A stretch of DNA of 55,462 nucleotides, counting the filler, from Squatina squatina (taxonomy: Eukaryota): assembly GCA_031763465.1 (NCBI GenBank). It is 3 parts of 3 records of this genome, joined end to end, with 100 filler letters (N's around TTAATTAATTAA, not from the genome) between each part and the next. Parts side by side here need not be neighbours in the genome. Positions count along the whole stretch, not along the records: positions 34,934 to 55,462 come from JARFOE010000046.1; 2 more parts are not named here. One strand, 5' to 3'. The notes beneath the pieces are model-generated. The model saw only the letters and a program-made list of their open reading frames with translations. It was not told the DNA's origin and did not search any database. A program made the position numbers and the translations under genes. This document shows, piece after piece, positions 48,865 to 55,462 of this stretch (position 1 is its first letter; each line of letters starts with the position of its first letter).

Positions 48865-50140
48865 TGGTAAGTTCTTCATTCTTGGGTATGCCTTGTGCTG
48901 GACACCCTTCTACACTCCACAATGAACCAGTGTTTAGTCTACTGGCTTGATAGTGATCAAGGGGTGAAAGATGTGATTAGATTGTGGTTGTCTACAATTC
49001 AGCTGCTGCTGATGGCTCCACAGTGCATCATGGATTCTAATTTATGGGCTGCTATATCTATGCTTAGTTTGTTTCACTTATCGTGGTGGTATTGCCACTC
49101 TACACACTGGAGAATGTCCTCACGATAGAGATGAGGTTTTCCCTTCATAAGGATCATTTGTTGGTCACGGTTTCCAAAGTTATCATGGACAATTGATTCT
49201 GCAACAGGTTGATGAGGCTGAGGTACAGTAGTTTACTTCGTTGTGTTGGTTCTTTCACACCTGATGCAATCCCACTCTGGTAGCTATATCCTTCAGGACT
49301 CAGCCAGCTTGGTTGTTACTGAGCCACTCTTGGTCATGGACATTGAAGTCCCCCAATATCTGGGCATTCTGTGCCCTTGCTACCTTAAGCGTTTCTTCAA
49401 AGTGATGTTCAACATGGAGGAGTACCGATTCATCTGTTGAAAAAGAAATGGTAAGTCATGATCAGCAAGAGCTTTCTCCGACCTTGTTTGGTCCGCACAA
49501 GGCATGGGAATTCATTGGGTCTGGTGTCGATATTGAGGACCCCCAGGGCCACTCCCATCCAACTGTATCCCACTTTGCCCTCACCCCTGGTGGATCTATC
49601 TTGCAGGTGGCACATGACATAGCCAGGGATGAGTGATGCAGGTGTCTGGGATGCTGGCGACTAGATATCATTCTGAAAATATGACTATCCCAGGCCATTG
49701 TTTGACTCGTCTATGTGACAGCATTTCCAACTTTGGCACGAGTTCCCAGATGTAATTGAGGGGGACTTTGCAAGGTTGACTGGGCTGGATTTACCCGCAT
49801 TATGTCCTGATTCCTAGGTCACAGCCGAGTGGCCTATCCACTTTTTTGCTTGATATTCTTCATGGCAATTTGATACAACTGAGTAACTTGCTAGGCCACT
49901 TCAGAGGGCTGTTAAGAGTCAACCACTTTGGTGTGGAGACACATATAGGCCAGGCAAGAATGGCAGGTTTCCTTCTCCAAATGATATTAGTAAACCAGTT
50001 GAGCTTTTAGACAATCCAACAGTTTCATGGTTACTGATACCAGCTTTTTATTCCAGATTTTGTTTTAAATTTAATTCAAATTCTCAAATGGTCATGGTGG
50101 GATTTAAACTCACATTCTCTGGATAACTAATCCAGAACTA
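48865..50140 (-). mobile_element. Degraded LINE (CR1/L2-group) 5' region with APE endonuclease
   Basis: Minus strand QDRSTRG...GVALGVLNID and GDFNVHDQEWL; 5' end similar to the 33160-33462 repeat. Confidence 0.75.
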
Positions 50141-51179
50141 AATTACATTCTTTGATAAACCCATTTATTTTAAAATCTTGTTATGTGTGTTTATGAACTG
50201 AATTCTTTCCAACAGTATTTATTCAACTGTAGCAGATGAATTTAAATGGAGGCACCCTCGGGACCTGATTGTGTAGCAGGGAACCCATTGCAGTAACGAG
50301 GAGATTGAGAGAGCTGAGAAACAATTTTCTGCATAGGGAGATCATTTTAAAAGGAGAATGTCATGCTACTGGCAAGAAAGTAACTACCTCTGTGTTCTAC
50401 TTTATTTACCTGATGCATTTTCATAAAAGTCTGTATTCAAGGATTTTTATTTAATTCACGTAAAAGGTAAACTGGTATAAATTACTGAACAACTGGAATC
50501 TCGATTAAGTATATCTACTATCCAGCATTAACCCATGTTGTGATTAGTACTTTCACATCAAGTAGGAACGGTTTTCCTTTTATCTAATAAAAAAAATCTG
50601 CAAGTTTTTGCTACACAAAGATAAAAATGGTGAGCCTCACGTGCAAATCAACCATTTTGTAGTAGATGCTTTTGAAAGATATCAATATCGACCCTACCAC
50701 GGAACATCAGCTTGACTCGAACTAAAATCGACACTTGCTGGAATTTATTTCAGCAGCATGCATTAGATAAACAAAAAGAACCACTTGAAACACATCAAGC
50801 GGGTAATTGGCTCACGTTGTAAAACACTTTTCAATACCTTCTCAATTAATACGTAACTAATTAAATTTGTTACGATAGATGGTGACGTTATGATGGTCTA
50901 GAAGTGGTAAGGTTTATTGGCATGATCTAGTTCAGTTGTATTACAAATTTTTCCCTACTGACCGCCGGTTTAATTGTAAAATATTACAGAAACATAACAG
51001 AATAAATGGTTTGAGAAGTTCTCATGAGCTGACATGACTGGATTGGCATCATNNNNNNNNNNNNNNNNNNNNNNNNNNNNNNNNNNNNNNNNNNNNNNNN
51101 NNNNNNNNNNNNNNNNNNNNNNNNNNNNNNNNNNNNNNNNNNNNNNNNNNNNTGACAGAAGTTCATTCTAGTCCAAAAA

Positions 51180-51936
51180 GTATCACCGGGAGCGAGAAAT
51201 CTGGAGTGGCGAGAGCGAGGAGCGGATCCGCCCCTGTCCGAGGTGCTGAAACTGGTCTCGTCTCCCAGTCGCCCTCTGAACTCGACCATCAGCAAGTTTC
51301 CAGCCACAGACCAGCAAGTTTCCAGCTCCAGATTGGCACCAACTTTCTCTTTATTGGAAATTGCAGTCAAGGGTTTAATTGCTCCGGATCATTATTTGGG
51401 AAGTTCAAGGATTTCGCCACCAAGTTCAGTCCCAGTTGGTGCCCCGGTTCCAGATGACCGTTTAAAAGTGCGAGATATGGAAGGTTCCAACGGATCCAGC
51501 TTTGGGATCGACTCGATTTTATCTCACAGGCCCGCCAGCCCCGCCTTGGCCAAAGGAGAGCCGTTGGTGGGCGACTGCCGGTCTCCCCCGGAGATGAAAG
51601 GCAGTGTGAGCCCGGGCTCGGATGCGGGCAGTGAGCGGAGCTCGCCTCCCTCGCCTGGACTGGAGTGCGGCGAGGCGGCGCCGCAGCTGGCGGGGGCGGC
51701 TGGCGGACTGGAGTCACAGCCGCACTCGGGGCAGCTCTGCGCCGCTCCCCAGCCCAGGACTGCTACCTCCTCGTTCCTCATCAGAGACATTCTGGGCGAC
51801 TGCAAGCCTCTGGCCGCCTGTGCCCCGTACTCGAGCAGCGGACAGGCTGCCCAGGACTCGGCGCACAAACACGGCGAAGAATTCCGAGACAAGCTGGACA
51901 AAAGGGAGAACTCGCCCTCAGATACGGAATATAAAG
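51180..51936. promoter_or_regulatory. CpG island over BARHL1 5' leader and exon 1
   Basis: Dense CpG and high GC against an AT-rich, CpG-poor background. Confidence 0.7.
51477..51936 (+). CDS. BARHL1: BARHL1 coding exon 1 (homeobox exons not visible)
   Basis: ATG at 51477. Peptide MEGSNGSSFGIDSILSHRPASPALAKGEPLVGDCRSP...TSSFLIRDILGDCKPLAACAPYSSSG...FRDKLDK...DTEYK, donor G|GTAAGG; two FIL/eh1 motifs; matches BARHL1. Confidence 0.96.
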
Positions 51937-52904
51937 GTAAGGAGGGAAACTGGGTCAAACTGAAAATAATGCAAGTTCTGGGGGAAGGAGATGACTTCAG
52001 AGATCAGCAAAATTATAATCGGAAAATTCCCAATTCGGGGGAACTGATCTTAAAGGCCGTTTTATAGAAACTTCTCAGTATAACCATCGTTTCTTCCGTT
52101 AAATTCTAAAACTAAGGCGCGTTGGTCGGTTGGAGATTATATGTATTTGTGTGGGTTTATTCTCCCCTCTCCGATCGGGCAGTGTCGTTCCGTGCTTAAT
52201 CCACGAAATTAATTTTTAAAAACAGGTTAGCACTTGAATTATTTGCCTCGCTTTTGGAACAAAGCTAACACCGAGACACCGCCTGTCAAACTGCAGGAGG
52301 AGCGAGTTTGGTCTCTTTGATGTGCGGGGCTCTCGCCTCCTTTCCACCACTGACATCCAGATCACTTTCAGCAGGTCAAACTCTCCAATTCGGAGTCGAT
52401 CCGCCGACGGTCACTGAACGCACCCGAGAATGGGCATTGGTCGGGAAAGAGCTGATTCCAATAAACTTCAAACCCCAAGTATTTGACAAAAGATGGCATC
52501 GGGTAGAAATATATTTACCATCAAAATGCGGGAAAATAGTTGCTTATGTCTCTTCAAGTCTGCTCTGATAACGAGACGTATCGATGCCCTTAAGCGGTGG
52601 TGCCGGACTGTGCCTCAAGGTACAGTGCACTTTCGGAGGGAGTGAAGGCACATTTCTTGTCGGTTTTATGTGTAATTCACTGGCTGCGCAATCGCCCAAT
52701 GGGGAACAGCCCAGGGTGGAAATATAAATGTGGGCGAGCCATCGCGGGGGATCTGCTTATCTACTACGAAAAAGCGCCGATACCCAAGAATTTATGTAAC
52801 ACTTTCCAGAGATCCAACTTTCCATTTTCAAAGTAATAACATCCTGCCACCTGCTGGACAAATCTTGCAGTTTGTTTTCCATCAGGATAACATCATGTCT
52901 GCAG

Positions 52905-53255
52905 CGCAGAAACTGGCTATTTGGTCCAACCAGTCCATGCCAGTGTTTAATGCTCCACACGAGCCTCCTCTCACCCCTCTCCATCTCACCCCAACACCAT
53001 ATCCTTCTATTCCTTTCTCCCTCATGTGTTTATCCAGCCTTCCCTTAAATGCATATTGCCTCAACCACTCCCTGTGGGAGCGAGTTCCACATTCTCACCA
53101 CTCTCTGGGTAAGGAAATTTCTCTTGAATTCTCCATTGGATTTATTAGTGACTATCTTATATTTATGGCCCCTAGTTCTGGTCTCACCTGCAAGTGGAAA
53201 CATCTTCTCTATATTTACCCTATCAAACCCTTTTATAATTTTAAAGACCTCGATT
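52905..53255 (-). mobile_element. CR1 3' end in BARHL1 intron 1
   Basis: Minus strand ...AFKGRLDKHMREKGIEGY... plus CR1 3' UTR; similar to 30174-30455. Confidence 0.85.
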
Positions 53256-55462
53256 GGGTCTGTTGAATTTTATTATGGCAAGAAAATGGATAGAATCTAC
53301 AGCAAAAATACTAAATATTTTAATGGTCGACTCTTTCTCTTTCACCATATGAAAGGTGTAGAAGTGCCCTCCANNNNNNNNNNNNNNNNNNNNNNNNNNN
53401 NNNNNNNNNNNNNNNNNNNNNNNNNNNNNNNNNNNNNNNNNNNNNNNNNNNNNNNNNNNNNNNNNNNNNNNNNCCCCCCGTGAATTCCACCTGTACATCA
53501 ACTGGAAACAACAGTTGATGCTTCAAGGACGGAGCGTGTCTCTGGGTTGAGGTGGCACTGAGAAAGAGCTTTGCTCTTGTAGTTCAGGACATTTATCTCA
53601 ACTCCTCGCTGCCTTATACGGAATCCCAGACCGACCCTTATCCTCCAGCCTTACGCTTTAGCACAGAGTCTTATCCTGGGTGTACATCGGTGTCAGTAGC
53701 TTCAAACTTGTAAAAAAACCCACAAACTTATTCTTCATTCGGCCATAGTTCTCTCTTGTTATTTCCTGTTTTCTCAGACCCANNNNNNNNNNAGGCATTT
53801 TTGCAACTGCACAGAATCCTGTGAGAAATACCCTTTCTAATCTGTTCTTTGTTCAATAACAAACTATTTTTTTTAATTTCTGTAATTAATTCCTCTCAAC
53901 AAAGTCACAGTTCAGCGCCGATTTGAGCAAACTGATGGCGGCTTTGATGTACTGATGAATAAAGCTGGTCTCAAATGGAATGATTAGGGAAAGGAAACAG
54001 ACATGGGTTTAAAGAAAATACAATCAAAAATAGATTCTGCAAACCAGGGCAGTTTAGTTTGGCCCGTTCACATCTTTTGCAACCTTGAGAATCCACGTTC
54101 AATCACCTACAATTCAAAGGGAAAATGCTCATTCCTAATGTTGGAGCTCTGAGCTGCAGGCAGCTCTTTTGCTGTAGTCTCTGAACTGAAATCCAAGAGA
54201 ATATATATTGGTGTGTTTACATCGGTGCAGGAAGACTGCTGCCGCTCTCCAAGGGCTGTTTGAGGGGGAGGAGGGGAAGTTGCTCGAGTGTGTAGGAGAG
54301 AGTTATGGCTAAGTGCACAGCAGCTGATTAAATCAAGAAGTTTCTTTTTGTTGAAAAATATATATTTATTTGGAGAAAATCCACTGTTTATCTGTGCTTG
54401 TTAGCATGTGAAAGGGTCTGGCAAATCCCCCCCGGCCTTGGGCAGGATCCTAGCCGACTCAGGGTTAATGAACTGACGGACAGAGTCTCTCAGAGACTTG
54501 CAGAACAAAAAGCAGAACAACAAAACGAGAGGATTCTGCAAGGATTGACTTAAACCCAGGGGATGGAGAGAGGATTCTTATAATCTCATTGCTTAATAAT
54601 GAAATCAAATCAGGGCACAACAAAGTTAAAAAAAAATATTTATAACCTCTCTCAAAGAACAAAGAAGAGAAACACTCCACTGGATGAGTTTACAAATAAC
54701 CTATAATTAAAATCTGAAGATTAATTCTCTATTTTTTTTGTTTTGGTGAGTTGAGAAATTAACCCAATAGCTTTTAAAAATGTATAATGTATACAAGCTG
54801 GAATTGAAAGAAGCCGCAAGCCCAGCGCAGCCCAGTTTGAAAAGCTTCCAAGAAAACTTACATCAACATTAAAAGGTAATAACAGAGCTTTGAAAAGCCA
54901 AAATTTAAAACTGGACAACTGAAATGGATCAAAACATCTCCAGTTATTTCTTCTCTTTCATTCTGTCTAAGTCACTGGTAATACTTGCATCAATTAAATA
55001 CATTTTGGTATTAGTAAAACCACCAAGGTATGAAACGGAGTTAAAAAGTTCAATATCATAAATTCTTGATAAAAAGCAATTTTAAGATGAAATCGGCATT
55101 TTAAAATTTACAATTTGTTTATTGTATATAAAAAAACACCTGAATTTTAATAAAAGGCAGTTCTATTTCTTCATACAACCTTCTTTCTGCCGGTTCTTCA
55201 ATTTCATAACAGGCAGTTTTGTCAACATTCTTTCTCTGAATTCTGAACACAATTGAGTACATGTGGTTGACAGTATTCTAGATTATGGTGTGTCTTTAGG
55301 CTGGATTACAAGTATTGTCAAAGGGGACTTCAGGCTGCCTGGGAAGTATTAAGATGGAGGTGAAACACATTGTATGGCTGAGCTGAAAAATAGGGAACTA
55401 AGATAGTACAATCTAGGGTATAAGTCACCATCTGATGTCTATTTCAAGCCCTGGCACTACAG

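Noticed and set aside
51367-51963. Antisense and alternate-frame ORFs over BARHL1 exon 1
   Set aside because: Expected shadows of GC-rich coding sequence
51937-52067. ORF continuation beyond BARHL1 exon 1
   Set aside because: Intron read-through past the G|GTAAGG donor; homology stops there

Overview
This is vertebrate nuclear DNA from a highly fragmented draft assembly. The repeat content (CR1, L2, RTE, Penelope-like elements, DeuSINE-type SINEs, Harbinger relics) suggests a cartilaginous fish; that is an inference. The window is three unrelated scaffolds joined by two artificial 100-bp linkers (44 N + TTAATTAATTAA + 44 N at 19877-19976 and 34834-34933), and most internal gaps are nominal 100-N joins. 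Scaffold 1 (1-19876) has isolated exons of SLC38A8 (+), NECAB2 (-), HYDIN (-, six exons in correct order) and GOT2 (+). Scaffold 2 (19977-34833) has the last two TCERG1L exons and three PPP2R2D exons, including a clear U12-type intron. Scaffold 3 (34934-55462) has the end of a CFAP77 exon, a long non-coding stretch with candidate enhancers, and BARHL1 coding exon 1. Gene calls rest on remembered human protein sequences plus splice sites and phases read from the sequence; no search was run. I found no convincing previously undescribed biological system. The best leads are modest: the U12 intron, an orphan 18-nt micro-exon, a hAT MITE with its target-site duplication, an LF-SINE-like element, a divergent TCERG1L C-terminus, and BARHL1 5' leader and enhancer features.
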